DNA of 61,812 nucleotides from an uncultured Lachnospiraceae bacterium (GCA_964368425.1 CAYJAP010000002.1:1-61812); one strand, 5' to 3'. Shown: positions 9,691-18,744, numbered from the stretch's first letter. Program-made: numbers and translations. Notes: generated by a model from the sequence alone, not told the origin.

Positions 9691-9719
9691 TTGACTATTT
9701 AGTCATCTAATGTTATTAT
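9691..9719 (+). promoter_or_regulatory. Sigma-A type promoter (TTGACT-17-TATTAT) of the micro-ORF/ABC leader
   Basis: TTGACT at 9691-9696, 17-nt spacer, TATTAT at 9714-9719. Confidence 0.5.
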
Positions 9720-9751
9720 AACCATGAAAATATTTAAAGGAGGTAACTGCC

Positions 9752-9811
9752 ATGTTCGGCGCAAGCAACAAACAATTTAATAATTTTGCCAACAGGCAAG
9801 TATCTTTTTAA
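9752..9811 (+). CDS. 19-aa micro-ORF 1 (MFGASNKQFNNFANRQVSF), candidate leader peptide
   Basis: AAAGGAGG SD lies 8 nt upstream of the ATG. An intrinsic terminator follows 50 nt downstream. Confidence 0.45.
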   Translation: MFGASNKQFNNFANRQVSF

Positions 9812-9860
9812 CATATAATTGTAATGTTTTTTACATGAACAAATCAATTAATCTGTATAA

Positions 9861-9890
9861 AACTTCTTGCTTGTTGCAGGAAGTTTTTTT
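9861..9890 (+). terminator. Intrinsic terminator / candidate attenuator between micro-ORF 1 and micro-ORF 2
   Basis: AACTTCTTGC (9861-9870), loop TTGTT, GCAGGAAGTT (9876-9885, one G-U pair), then a T-run to 9890. Confidence 0.65.
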
Positions 9891-9932
9891 GACAAGATAA
9901 ACGAACCCATAATAAAACAGGAGGATAATTCA

Positions 9933-10013
9933 ATGGACGGAGTATATCAGGTCGCCAAGACACAAGTAACACTAAACAAACTTATAAATATCCTCGCGGA
10001 GAATTTTACTTAA
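9933..10013 (+). CDS. 26-aa micro-ORF 2 (MDGVYQVAKTQVTLNKLINILAENFT), leader peptide or small amphipathic peptide
   Basis: CAGGAGGA SD lies 7 nt upstream of the ATG; stop TAA at 10011-10013; 66 nt upstream of the ABC gene. Confidence 0.45.
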   Translation: MDGVYQVAKTQVTLNKLINILAENFT

Positions 10014-10053
10014 TTAATTTGTGTTAAACATCATTTATTAATCGCGGTACAAA

Positions 10054-10075
10054 TCTCTCTTTCGAGGAAGAGAGG
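10054..10075 (+). promoter_or_regulatory. Hairpin sequestering the ABC-gene Shine-Dalgarno
   Basis: CTCTCTT (10055-10061) pairs with AAGAGAG (10068-10074), loop TCGAGG. The GAGG of the SD (10072-10075) lies in the 3' arm; ATG at 10080. Confidence 0.4.
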
Positions 10076-10079
10076 AAAT

Positions 10080-11747
10080 ATGAAAACGAAACAAAATAAA
10101 CTATTAAGTAGCTTATCTATGATGTGGAAACTCTCCACTAAACGAGATAAAGGACTACTTTCATTGGCGGTATTTTTAAACCTGCTTAACTCTTTCATTG
10201 CACTGTTACCTGCCATCTTACTCGCCGTCTTAATAAACCTGTTAAGTGGAAATCCGGCAACTTTTCTAGCATGGACATTACCTGCTACCACATCTATATA
10301 CTTGGTCATACTAGTTGCGTTCTTGATCAACGTAACCCGAGAAATTCTAAACACGGTCAACAATAACTGTCTAACTGTTTTAGGACACAGGCTTGGTTGT
10401 AGAATGCAGGAGCAAGCTTATTCGTGGGCGTTGATTCCACGTAAAAACATGGACCTGAAAATTAATCAGGGCGACGCAACTCACAGAATTGATGCATCTC
10501 CAGAATACATGGAAGACATCGTTTTCTATATATTTGGCGAGCTGCTAGGTCCAATTTTTACGAGCATACTTGCGACAGTATATCTAGCTAGTCTGGAGGT
10601 TTTAGCTTTCCCTATAATATTGCTAGGCGTGGTTGTTATCATCCTGTTGGTTATGTGGAGAACTAAAAATGACAAACGTTTTACTAAAGCGGGAGAAAAA
10701 TTTAAAAGCCGACGAACAAACATTATTGTAAACACGTTAGCCAATTTGCCGATAGTAAATTTATTTATGTCACGCAATCATGAAGTAAACATGTTATACA
10801 AGAACAATGTGGACATTCATAAAAACATGAAAAAAGAACATTCGCTGAGAATGCTGTATTGGTCGTTGATAATCATTGTAGACTTTATGTGCGTATTTGG
10901 TATAGTTGCCATAACCGCCTATAAAACGATGAACGGTGCGTTCATGATCGACAACATCATACTTACCATGAACTACGTCCTAATGATATTCGCACCTATC
11001 GAAAATTTGGGTTGGATATTTGGAGAGATAGTTAAATCGTCCACAAAGATAAATCGTCTGTACGAATTAAAACCAACAGAGGAAGAAGAGATTGATACGT
11101 CGAAAGATAAAAAGATAAGAGCACCTATCATATCTCTAGAGATGAAAAATCTATCGGTAAAGATAGATGATGCTATGATTGTATCCAACGCTAATATGAG
11201 ATTTGAGCGCGGACAGTTAACGGTTGTATGTGGTAAAAGTGGATCGGGAAAAACAACTGCCATTTCTGCGCTGTGCGGAATGAGAGAACGATGCGACGGA
11301 GAGATTATCATAAATGATAAAATCAAAGTTAACACCATGCAGTCTTATCTGAATAGAATGTCAATAACCATGCAGTCTCCTTACATTTTTAACCGTGATG
11401 TAGTAGACAACATTCTGTATCCCAATGCAGAAGAAAACAAAAAATTACGTTCTCTAGTTAAAGACTTAGACATGAGTCAACTGGTTAAAAAGAAATACGA
11501 TGTCGACACTCAGCAAGACTTGGCTAACATGCTGTCGGGTGGTGAGAAAAAACGAATTTGCATTTCTCGAGGACTATTAAAACCGTCCGAGATTTATGTG
11601 TTTGACGAGCCTACAAATGAATTAGACAACATCAACACATTCAACGTTATAACTCGACTAAACCAACTGAAAGAGAATGCTATAGTTATAGTAATTACAC
11701 ACGATGCGCGATTGGTTAATATCGCTGATAAAGTTATTTCAGTATAA
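10080..11747 (+). CDS. ABC exporter half-transporter (fused permease + ATPase)
   Basis: N-terminal multi-TM domain. Walker A GKSGSGKTT, signature LSGGEKKR, Walker B IYVFDEPT, H-loop ITHD. No C39 peptidase domain. Confidence 0.85.
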   Translation: MKTKQNKLLSSLSMMWKLSTKRDKGLLSLAVFLNLLNSFIALLPAILLAVLINLLSGNPATFLAWTLPATTSIYLVILVAFLINVTREILNTVNNNCLTVLGHRLGCRMQEQAYSWALIPRKNMDLKINQGDATHRIDASPEYMEDIVFYIFGELLGPIFTSILATVYLASLEVLAFPIILLGVVVIILLVMWRTKNDKRFTKAGEKFKSRRTNIIVNTLANLPIVNLFMSRNHEVNMLYKNNVDIHKNMKKEHSLRMLYWSLIIIVDFMCVFGIVAITAYKTMNGAFMIDNIILTMNYVLMIFAPIENLGWIFGEIVKSSTKINRLYELKPTEEEEIDTSKDKKIRAPIISLEMKNLSVKIDDAMIVSNANMRFERGQLTVVCGKSGSGKTTAISALCGMRERCDGEIIINDKIKVNTMQSYLNRMSITMQSPYIFNRDVVDNILYPNAEENKKLRSLVKDLDMSQLVKKKYDVDTQQDLANMLSGGEKKRICISRGLLKPSEIYVFDEPTNELDNINTFNVITRLNQLKENAIVIVITHDARLVNIADKVISV

Positions 11748-11750
11748 AAT

Positions 11751-11778
11751 AAAAGGTGTATCACACCTTTTATTTTTT
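11751..11778. terminator. Bidirectional intrinsic terminator
   Basis: AAAAGGTGT / ACACCTTTT arms with a 3-nt loop, A-run before and T-run after. Lies between convergent genes. Confidence 0.7.
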
Positions 11779-11817
11779 CTTTTACTGCCTGCTTTTTAAT
11801 TTCAAGAGATTGACTTT

Positions 11818-12699
11818 CTACTTTTCAGACTTCTTATCTTTTACTTTCTTTCTAGTAAATATCTTTTTTGTTTTTCTGCCTATGTTTTTAGCATCCCCTA
11901 TCATTCGTTTGTACTCAAAAGGAATGGACATAAAGAATGGGAATACAAGAAAATAAAAGGTGAGCGATGGAAAAATCCAGATCAGCGGCCAGTATTTTCC
12001 CTGGCCCGCATATTGACCTACCGGTACCGTTTTTAGAAAGTTTGGTGTGAACACATCAAATATTGCGAATAAACCGTCGTTACTTCTTTTCCAAAAGAAC
12101 GAAGGGTTTGGGTAGTTCACGTTCAAGAAATCTGCACTTCTCGGATTGATTATTCCTATCTCCGCCTGTACGACTTGGTTTACCATCATAAACATCAAAA
12201 AGGCAATCATGTATAACGGCATCTGCCATATCCTGCGATAATTCAAGGTATGAAGTTTTAATGCGACCATCAAGAATGGTACTGCTAATAATAAAGCGTG
12301 TGCAACATAGAACCGGAAAATATCAAGCTGCCACAAATTCTCGCCTAATGCTTCGGTAGGAATTAAAAGGGCTAGAAATCCGCTCAAACATCCTAAATAG
12401 AACATAAAATCTTTTGCGCCTTTATTTTTGCTTATAAATATAAATGGGAAGAAATACACGCTAACTGCACATACGTTAACCGCAAAAATTGTTTCTAGAG
12501 AACTTTGCAAACTCTCGTTGTACGGCGCCATAAAAAACTTAGAAAGATGTAGTAGAAGGTTAAATATTAAAAGGGATAACAAAACAATCTTTTTTGTTTT
12601 TTCACTCCTTTTTCTTAATAAGAAAAATAGCCCAACGACTAGCCCTATCCCCGCTATCAAAAATATAAAGTATGGTAGGTTAAAAAATTTTACACTCAT
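11818..12699 (-). CDS. Multi-pass membrane protein, YwaF / TMEM164-like family (paralog of 23059..23889)
   Basis: About 8 hydrophobic segments and a Lys-rich C-terminal tail. Architecture and length resemble the TIGR02206-type family; assignment is from memory only. Confidence 0.45.
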   Translation of the reverse strand: MSVKFFNLPYFIFLIAGIGLVVGLFFLLRKRSEKTKKIVLLSLLIFNLLLHLSKFFMAPYNESLQSSLETIFAVNVCAVSVYFFPFIFISKNKGAKDFMFYLGCLSGFLALLIPTEALGENLWQLDIFRFYVAHALLLAVPFLMVALKLHTLNYRRIWQMPLYMIAFLMFMMVNQVVQAEIGIINPRSADFLNVNYPNPSFFWKRSNDGLFAIFDVFTPNFLKTVPVGQYAGQGKYWPLIWIFPSLTFYFLVFPFFMSIPFEYKRMIGDAKNIGRKTKKIFTRKKVKDKKSEK

Positions 12700-12846
12700 A
12701 TCGCTCTCTCTTTTTTATTTTATGTTATATGTTTTGAAATATTTGTCTGTTAATAAGATATCATAAAATGTAACAACAGTAAACGATAAAATGCAAATGC
12801 GCGTAATAACTTGAAATTCATTTGGCTTTAGTAATTTTCACATGTA

Positions 12847-12860
12847 TAATATTAATATTA
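12847..12860. promoter_or_regulatory. Perfect 14-bp AT palindrome TAATATTAATATTA overlapping the -10 of the peroxiredoxin gene (Fur/PerR-type operator candidate)
   Basis: The palindrome is read directly and overlaps TATAAT at 12845-12850. It lies about 20 nt upstream of the SD of the peroxiredoxin CDS. Confidence 0.35.
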
Positions 12861-12880
12861 CATCATATTAGGAGGTTTTT

Positions 12881-13558
12881 ATGGAAGGAAACGAATATTT
12901 TCGCATGCCACTCATTGGAGATCAAGCTCCATCATTCACGGCAATAACAACACAGGGAGAAGTTAACTTTCCAGCTGATTACAAGGGAAGTTGGGTAATA
13001 TTCTTTTCGCACCCAGCAGATTTCACACCTGTTTGCACAACAGAATTCATGACATTTGCAAAGATGCAAAAAGAGTTTGATAGACTAAACACAAAATTAC
13101 TTGGATTGTCTGTCGATTCTCTATATGCACATATAGCGTGGTTAAGAAAAATCAAAGAAATCAAATTCAAAGATATGGAAAATCTGGAAGTTACATTCCC
13201 GTTAATTGAAGATATCAAAATGGATATTTCCAAACAATACGGAATGATACAGCCAGGACAGTCTTCAACACAAGCGGTAAGAGCTGTATTTGTGGTTGAC
13301 CCAGAAGGAAAGGTTCGTACGATACTGTACTACCCATTATCTACTGGAAGAAACTTTGACGAACTTAAACGAATTATTCTGGCTTTACAAAAAGCAGATA
13401 AAGACGGAGTGGCTACACCAGCTGACTGGCGTCCGGGCGACGACGTAATAATACCTACAGCAGGTTCTTGCGGAGTGGCACAAGACAGAATGCAGAGTCA
13501 AGGCGGAGATACATATTGCTTAGACTGGTTTATGTGTTTCAAAAAAGAAAAGAAATAA
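12881..13558 (+). CDS. Peroxiredoxin (Prx6 / archaeal-type AhpC-TSA family)
   Basis: FSHPADFTPVCTTE active-site motif; AGGAGG SD; 225 aa. Confidence 0.88.
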   Translation: MEGNEYFRMPLIGDQAPSFTAITTQGEVNFPADYKGSWVIFFSHPADFTPVCTTEFMTFAKMQKEFDRLNTKLLGLSVDSLYAHIAWLRKIKEIKFKDMENLEVTFPLIEDIKMDISKQYGMIQPGQSSTQAVRAVFVVDPEGKVRTILYYPLSTGRNFDELKRIILALQKADKDGVATPADWRPGDDVIIPTAGSCGVAQDRMQSQGGDTYCLDWFMCFKKEKK

Positions 13559-13562
13559 AAAA

Positions 13563-13585
13563 GAGCATCGAAAGATGCCTTTTTT
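13563..13585 (+). terminator. Weak intrinsic terminator after the peroxiredoxin gene
   Basis: GCATC-GAAA-GATGC hairpin followed by CTTTTTTC. Confidence 0.45.
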
Positions 13586-13624
13586 CTTGCTCTAATATTT
13601 TTATGAGTGCCACAACTGTCCGCT

Positions 13625-14509
13625 CTATATAAGCGTATTAACCGCCTCAATACATTTTAGGGCAGATGCACTTTTATCTTTCACTTCTAACATAATATCT
13701 ACGCCTGTAGGCAGCTGTTTATAAAACTCAATAAATTCATCCACGTCAATGGTCAGCGAATGGGAGCCTGCTCTTTTACCCTCTGCCTGTTGAGAGTAGT
13801 GCACTTTCGGTTTACCGTCTTTTATAGCGTCCCATGTTCGCATGCAATATTGTAGAATCTCTTGTTCATCATCTCCCTGCTCATGATTTAAGCGATGATG
13901 CAAGACATCAAAGACTACAGGAATGCCCGTTCTCTCGGATATGTTAAGAACATCGCGTGCAGTGTACACTTTATCGTCATTTTCTATAACTAGCCGCTGC
14001 TTTATGTTATTAGGTAACTTGTTATATCTGTCAATAAATCTCTCAATAGCTACTGGCTTATCTCCATACCCTCCACCGATGTGCAAGATTATTTTATTTG
14101 TACTGTCCATACGCATACAGTCCAGCACTCCTGTCTGGTAACGCAAATCCTCGACCGCTCTTGCTACCACCGTTTCATTAGGAGAAGACAGTGTTGTGTA
14201 CTGCCCCGGATGGAAAGATAGCCTTATATTATATTTCCTAGCTTTTGCTCCCAATCGAAGAAACTCCTCATGAAAGCGTGAGCACCAGTCAATAGTGTTT
14301 ATGGGGTGCGAGGCAAATGGTATAAATCCCGAGCTGACACGAAACAAAAATATTTTATTTTTGTAGTTAAAATCTAAGATGCTATCCAGTACTCGACAGT
14401 TGTGCGCAATCAAAAAATCCAACCTCTCACAGGAAGCATTTTTTAGGATACACGATTTCATTCGCATATTCGGTTCAGACATAACAATAGAAACGTAACC
14501 TATACCCAT
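13625..14509 (-). CDS. uvsE: UV damage endonuclease (UvdE/UvsE)
   Basis: GIGYVSI N-terminus, ..FLFRVSSGFIPFASHP.., ..ILHIGG.., ..DVLHHRLN.. motifs, about 290 aa. Confidence 0.8.
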   Translation of the reverse strand: MGIGYVSIVMSEPNMRMKSCILKNASCERLDFLIAHNCRVLDSILDFNYKNKIFLFRVSSGFIPFASHPINTIDWCSRFHEEFLRLGAKARKYNIRLSFHPGQYTTLSSPNETVVARAVEDLRYQTGVLDCMRMDSTNKIILHIGGGYGDKPVAIERFIDRYNKLPNNIKQRLVIENDDKVYTARDVLNISERTGIPVVFDVLHHRLNHEQGDDEQEILQYCMRTWDAIKDGKPKVHYSQQAEGKRAGSHSLTIDVDEFIEFYKQLPTGVDIMLEVKDKSASALKCIEAVNTLI

Positions 14510-14738
14510 ACTTTACTTTGTGTAAAAAAGTTATGAATATTGCAAGAAGTTAGTGGGATAAAAATCTTGATGTTTTACGTGCAAATTTGAAGACGGTGGG
14601 AAAAGGTCTATACGCGTACTAATCACCGTAATACTTATTTAGCTTTATAAAGTGTCCAGAAAAACTACTCACTGCAAGATAATTATGTTATTATAAAATT
14701 AACAAATAAAAAACAGATGCATTGCGCAAGAGAGGATT

Positions 14739-15227
14739 ATGGTTTATACAAGAATTAAGGTATCAAAAGATCAGTACTACATAGCTAAAAACGACAAGGG
14801 GATAACCTTTATAGGTTCGCCTAATAGTGACGCCGACGAAATAGTTAAGTGGTGTAAAGATACTAACCACACATCAGACAACAAGTCTTTTGAGACAGTT
14901 AGAAGAGAGTTAGAAGATTATCTTTCGGGTAAGATAACAGCTTTAACCTTCCCTATCGACCCGATTGGAACAGCTTTCCAGCGCTCGGTATGGAAAGAAT
15001 TGCAGAAAATACCGTACGGAGAAACTGTCAGTTATACACAAATCGCAAGCAGGTTAGGAGATGCAAAAAAGGTGCGAGCAGTAGCAAGTGCTATAGGCAA
15101 GAACCCTGTCCTATTTGCTATACCTTGCCATAGAGTTATTGGGGCTGATGGTAAGCTGCGTGGCTTCAGAGCTGGACTATCTTTGAAGAGCATGTTGTTG
15201 GACATGGAAAAAGGGAATAGAAGATAG
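14739..15227 (+). CDS. ogt: Methylated-DNA--protein-cysteine methyltransferase
   Basis: IPCHRVIG active site; TVSYTQIA helix-turn-helix region; 162 aa. Confidence 0.88.
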   Translation: MVYTRIKVSKDQYYIAKNDKGITFIGSPNSDADEIVKWCKDTNHTSDNKSFETVRRELEDYLSGKITALTFPIDPIGTAFQRSVWKELQKIPYGETVSYTQIASRLGDAKKVRAVASAIGKNPVLFAIPCHRVIGADGKLRGFRAGLSLKSMLLDMEKGNRR

Positions 15228-15410
15228 AAAATGCAATACATTATGTTTCGAGCCTGTTGTTAAATTGCAACAAGATACAATTTAGAATGAAACAAATAGA
15301 AATCTAAGTGATGCTACAGGCGGAAGATAAGAGTTGGTGTGTTGTGGTAAAATAATTGGAAGGAAAGAAATACGAAGAGATTATCATAAACTATAAAAGA
15401 ATTGAAAGAA

Positions 15411-15440
15411 AAAGTGTAGAGTATTTCTCTACACTTTTTT
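15411..15440 (+). terminator. Strong orphan intrinsic terminator about 185 nt downstream of ogt
   Basis: AAAGTGTAGAG / CTCTACACTTT 11-bp arms, loop TATTT, T-run. Confidence 0.65.
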
Positions 15441-15614
15441 ATTACATATCAAAAATAAATTTACTTTTTTCGTTTGTTATTTCTATACAGCGTGAAGACA
15501 AACCAACTCATTAAAGATTTTTATTAGGGGGTTTTTATTCTTGTAATGCATCTAACTGATACAAAAGAAACGGGCTTGGTAAAGTTATTTACGTCTTGCA
15601 AAGCAAATTTAATT

Positions 15615-15651
15615 GTAAGTTAAGTAAAATGTCTTCATTTACTTAACTTAC
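15615..15651 (-). terminator. Perfect 14-bp-stem hairpin immediately 3' of tRNA-Ser
   Basis: GTAAGTTAAGTAAA (15615-15628) and TTTACTTAACTTAC (15638-15651) are exact inverted repeats and abut the tRNA 3' end. Confidence 0.5.
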
Positions 15652-15652
15652 C

Positions 15653-15740
15653 TGGCGGAGAGAGGGGGATTTGAACCCTCGGTACGTTTCCGTACACACG
15701 CTTTCCAAGCGTGCACATTAGACCACTCTGACATCTCTCC
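15653..15740 (-). tRNA. tRNA-Ser (anticodon GGA), CCA encoded
   Basis: Reverse complement is GGAGAGATGTCAGAGTGGTCTAATGTGCACGCTTGGAAAGCGTGTGTACGGAAACGTACCGAGGGTTCAAATCCCCCTCTCTCCGCCA. It has a 7-bp acceptor stem, anticodon loop TTGGAAA, a long variable arm GTACG-GAAA-CGTAC and a TTCAAAT T-loop. Confidence 0.93.
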
Positions 15741-15750
15741 ACGTGTAAAT

Positions 15751-15779
15751 ATTATACATAAATCTTCGCTGTTTGACAA
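15751..15779 (-). promoter_or_regulatory. Sigma-A promoter (TTGTCA-17-TATAAT) of tRNA-Ser
   Basis: Reverse complement of 15774-15779 is TTGTCA and of 15751-15756 is TATAAT. The -10 ends 10 nt before tRNA position 1. Confidence 0.6.
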
Positions 15780-15913
15780 TATCTTTTGGTTGATATAAAA
15801 AAGAATGTGCGTTATACAAGTTAAAGTTTGCTTGCGTTTGTAAATTCACACACTCTTTGATTATTATTCCTCACTATTTGTGCATCCTTTATATAATTTA
15901 GTTTATTATTTTA

Positions 15914-15942
15914 TTGTCAAGCACATATAAAAGTGCTATAAT
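15914..15942 (+). promoter_or_regulatory. Sigma-A promoter (TTGTCA-17-TATAAT) of aspS-asnS
   Basis: TTGTCA at 15914-15919 and TATAAT at 15937-15942. The spacer contains the inverted repeat AGCAC..GTGCT. Confidence 0.6.
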
Positions 15943-15981
15943 TAGACACAATTAACAAGTACACATATATAGTGAGGTCAC

Positions 15982-17274
15982 ATGAAAAGAACGTATATAA
16001 AAGACATCGTCGCAGGTAAAGAGTATAAGGTTTCGGGCTGGGTAGAGAAAATCCGCGATACAAAATACATGACTTTTGTAATTATTAGAGATATTACAGG
16101 AAAGATACAGGTGTCGATTGAAAAATCTGCATTACCAGAAATTGCAGAAACGGCGAACAGGGCGATTGCCGGTTCGGTTGTTTCTATCGTGGGAAAAGTA
16201 ATTGCTAACCCTGCAGTAAAGATTTCAGGCATAGAATTAATTCCGTCAGCTTACATCATAGACAGCCTGTCTAAACCACAACCTATTCAGCACGATAGCA
16301 GTATCGATCAGAGAATGGCATACAGATGGTTGGATCTTAGAGAAGATGCGAAGACGTTGATGTTTCAAGTGCAAACATTGATGGAAAAAGCGATGAGAGA
16401 TTATCTTATCGACAACGGGTTTATTGAAATACATTCACCTAAGATTACTGGACAGTCAAGCGAAGGTGGTTCAGAAGTTTTCAAGCTAGATTATTTTGGA
16501 CAACCAGCATATCTAACCCAAAGCCCTCAGCTCTACAAGCAAATGGCTATGGCTGCAGGTTTTGAAAAGGTCTTGGAAGTAGGTCCTTATTTCAGAGCAG
16601 AATCTTCTTTCACTTCACGTCACGCGACAGAATTCATGGGGCTTGATTTAGAGATAAGCTACATCGATTCCCACCACGATGTCATGGACGTTGAAGAAGG
16701 AATGTTGAAACACATGCTAAAAGAGGTGCATGCAAAGTATGGGCAACAGATAAAGGAAACTTTTGGCGTAGATGTCGTAGTTCCTACAGCACCCTTCCCT
16801 CGAATTCCGTTCCATGAAGCTCTACAGCTACTAGCCGACGAGTACGGTACTGACCCGTTAGAAAGTGATTTCAGTCCTGAGTTGGAAAAACTGATGTGCG
16901 AATATGTACAGAAAAAATATAACAGCGAGTTTGTATTTATTACCGAATATCCGTTTGAAGTACGCGCATTCTACTCAATGAAAGACGAGAAAAATCCTCT
17001 GCTTTCTAAGTCATTTGACTTGTTATGGAAAGACGTTGAGATAACTTCTGGGGCCCAGCGTGAGCATCGACCAGAAGTGTTGGCACAGCAGCTTGCTGAG
17101 AAAGGCATTAGTCCCGAGAAGATGAAAAGCTACATCGAGTTCTTCGAGTATGGTTGTCCACCTCATGGGGGATTAGGTTTAGGGTTAGCACGATTAGCGG
17201 CTAAATTACTTAATATTCCGACAATCAAAGAGGTTTCTTATATCTTCCGTGGACCTACAAAACTATATCCATAA
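15982..17274 (+). CDS. aspS: Aspartate--tRNA ligase, archaeal/type-2 form (430 aa)
   Basis: GGSEVFKLDYFGQPAYLTQSPQLYKQ, FRAESSFTSRHATEF, GAQREHR, GCPPHGGLGLGLARL; short-form length. Confidence 0.9.
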   Translation: MKRTYIKDIVAGKEYKVSGWVEKIRDTKYMTFVIIRDITGKIQVSIEKSALPEIAETANRAIAGSVVSIVGKVIANPAVKISGIELIPSAYIIDSLSKPQPIQHDSSIDQRMAYRWLDLREDAKTLMFQVQTLMEKAMRDYLIDNGFIEIHSPKITGQSSEGGSEVFKLDYFGQPAYLTQSPQLYKQMAMAAGFEKVLEVGPYFRAESSFTSRHATEFMGLDLEISYIDSHHDVMDVEEGMLKHMLKEVHAKYGQQIKETFGVDVVVPTAPFPRIPFHEALQLLADEYGTDPLESDFSPELEKLMCEYVQKKYNSEFVFITEYPFEVRAFYSMKDEKNPLLSKSFDLLWKDVEITSGAQREHRPEVLAQQLAEKGISPEKMKSYIEFFEYGCPPHGGLGLGLARLAAKLLNIPTIKEVSYIFRGPTKLYP

Positions 17275-17335
17275 ACAAATTATTGCAACGCTATTGCAAT
17301 AATTTTATTCATAATAAAAATAGAGAGAGGAGTTT

Positions 17336-18724
17336 ATGAACAAGGTAGACATTAAAACAATACATGCATCTCCCCAAGATTTTGCTGGCAAAACAGTCAC
17401 GATAGGGGGCTGGATACGAAGTGTACGAGACATTAAAACTTTCGGATTTATTGACCTAAACGACGGAACATCTTTTAAGGGTGTTCAGATAGTTTTTAAC
17501 CAAGATAAAATATCTAACTACGAAAGTGTTGCGAGGTTACAAGCGGGTTCTTCTATACTCTGTACAGGCAAAGTGGTATTGACACCGGAGAACAAACAAT
17601 CTTTCGAGATTAGCGCATCAACGATAGAAATTTTGTCTGCTACGGACGACACATATCCCCTACAAAAGAAACGTCATTCTGTGGAGTTTCTACGAGAGAT
17701 TGCTTACCTACGCCCACGAACAAATTTGTTCAATGCGGTATTTAGAGTGAGAAGCGAAGCCAGCTTTGCTATACATAATTTTTTCAACGGAGAAGGATTC
17801 ATATACACTCATACCCCAATAATTACAGGTGCAGACTGCGAAGGTGGTAGTGATGTGTTCAGAGTTACCACGCATAATGTGTATAAACCTGACGCAAAAA
17901 CCTCAGCTACTCCAGAAAATGATTTTTTTGGTAAAAAAGTGTTTCTAAGCCCAACAGGACAACTAGAGGGAGAGGCTTTAGCGCTTGCGTTTAGTAAAAT
18001 ATATACTTTCGGTCCGACATTCAGAGCGGAGAACAGCAACACTGCACGACATGCAAGCGAGTTCTGGATGATAGAACCAGAAATGGCATTCTACGAATTG
18101 ACAGATACTATGGATATAATTGAAAAAATGGTAAAATATTTAATCAATCATCTGATGGAAAAATGTTCCACCGAACTACAATTCTTTAATCAGTTTGTTG
18201 ATACCACGTTATCGGAAAGACTGCAAAATGTTATGAAGAACGAGTTCGCGAGAATTAGTTATACAGAAGCAATTTCATTACTTGAAAAGAGTAAAAAGAA
18301 ATTTGAATTCCCTGTGTCTTGGGGCATGGATTTACAAAGTGAGCACGAGAGATTTCTGTGCGAAGAAATATTTAAGAAGCCTGTATTTGTCTACGATTAC
18401 CCGAAAGGAATTAAAGCTTTCTACATGCGTCTAAATGATGACAACAAAACAGTTGCCGCTTGTGACTTACTCGTTCCCGGCGTAGGAGAAATTGTGGGAG
18501 GCAGCCAAAGAGAAGAACGTTTAGATACTCTGGTGGAAAAGATTAAAGAAGCAAAACTACAAGAAGAAGATTACTGGTGGTATATAAATCTCAGAAAATA
18601 TGGTAGCGTAAAACACAGTGGTTTTGGACTAGGGTTAGAACGATTCCTGATGTATGTGACAGGCGTGAATAATATCCGTGACGTACAGATATTCCCAAGA
18701 ACACCTAACAACTGTGAATTTTAA
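17336..18724 (+). CDS. asnS: Asparagine--tRNA ligase
   Basis: FRAENSNTARHASEFWMIEPEMAF, GSQREER, HSGFGLGLERF. Confidence 0.92.
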   Translation: MNKVDIKTIHASPQDFAGKTVTIGGWIRSVRDIKTFGFIDLNDGTSFKGVQIVFNQDKISNYESVARLQAGSSILCTGKVVLTPENKQSFEISASTIEILSATDDTYPLQKKRHSVEFLREIAYLRPRTNLFNAVFRVRSEASFAIHNFFNGEGFIYTHTPIITGADCEGGSDVFRVTTHNVYKPDAKTSATPENDFFGKKVFLSPTGQLEGEALALAFSKIYTFGPTFRAENSNTARHASEFWMIEPEMAFYELTDTMDIIEKMVKYLINHLMEKCSTELQFFNQFVDTTLSERLQNVMKNEFARISYTEAISLLEKSKKKFEFPVSWGMDLQSEHERFLCEEIFKKPVFVYDYPKGIKAFYMRLNDDNKTVAACDLLVPGVGEIVGGSQREERLDTLVEKIKEAKLQEEDYWWYINLRKYGSVKHSGFGLGLERFLMYVTGVNNIRDVQIFPRTPNNCEF

Positions 18725-18744
18725 CACTTGAAAAAAGGCATATA

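Noticed and set aside
10031-10363. 110-aa minus-strand ORF overlapping micro-ORF 2 / the ABC start, and the 66-aa ORF 11756..11956
   Set aside because: There is no SD. One overlaps a strongly supported ABC gene in antisense and the other runs through a bidirectional terminator and into the convergent membrane-protein gene.
15741-15981. T-box riboswitch leaders upstream of aspS, asnS, cysS (35050-35151), lysS (47376-47450) and argS (50893-50981)
   Set aside because: Promoter-to-ATG distances are only about 20-100 nt. I found no T-box core (..GGTGGTACCGCG..) or specifier/terminator architecture, so the leaders are too short.
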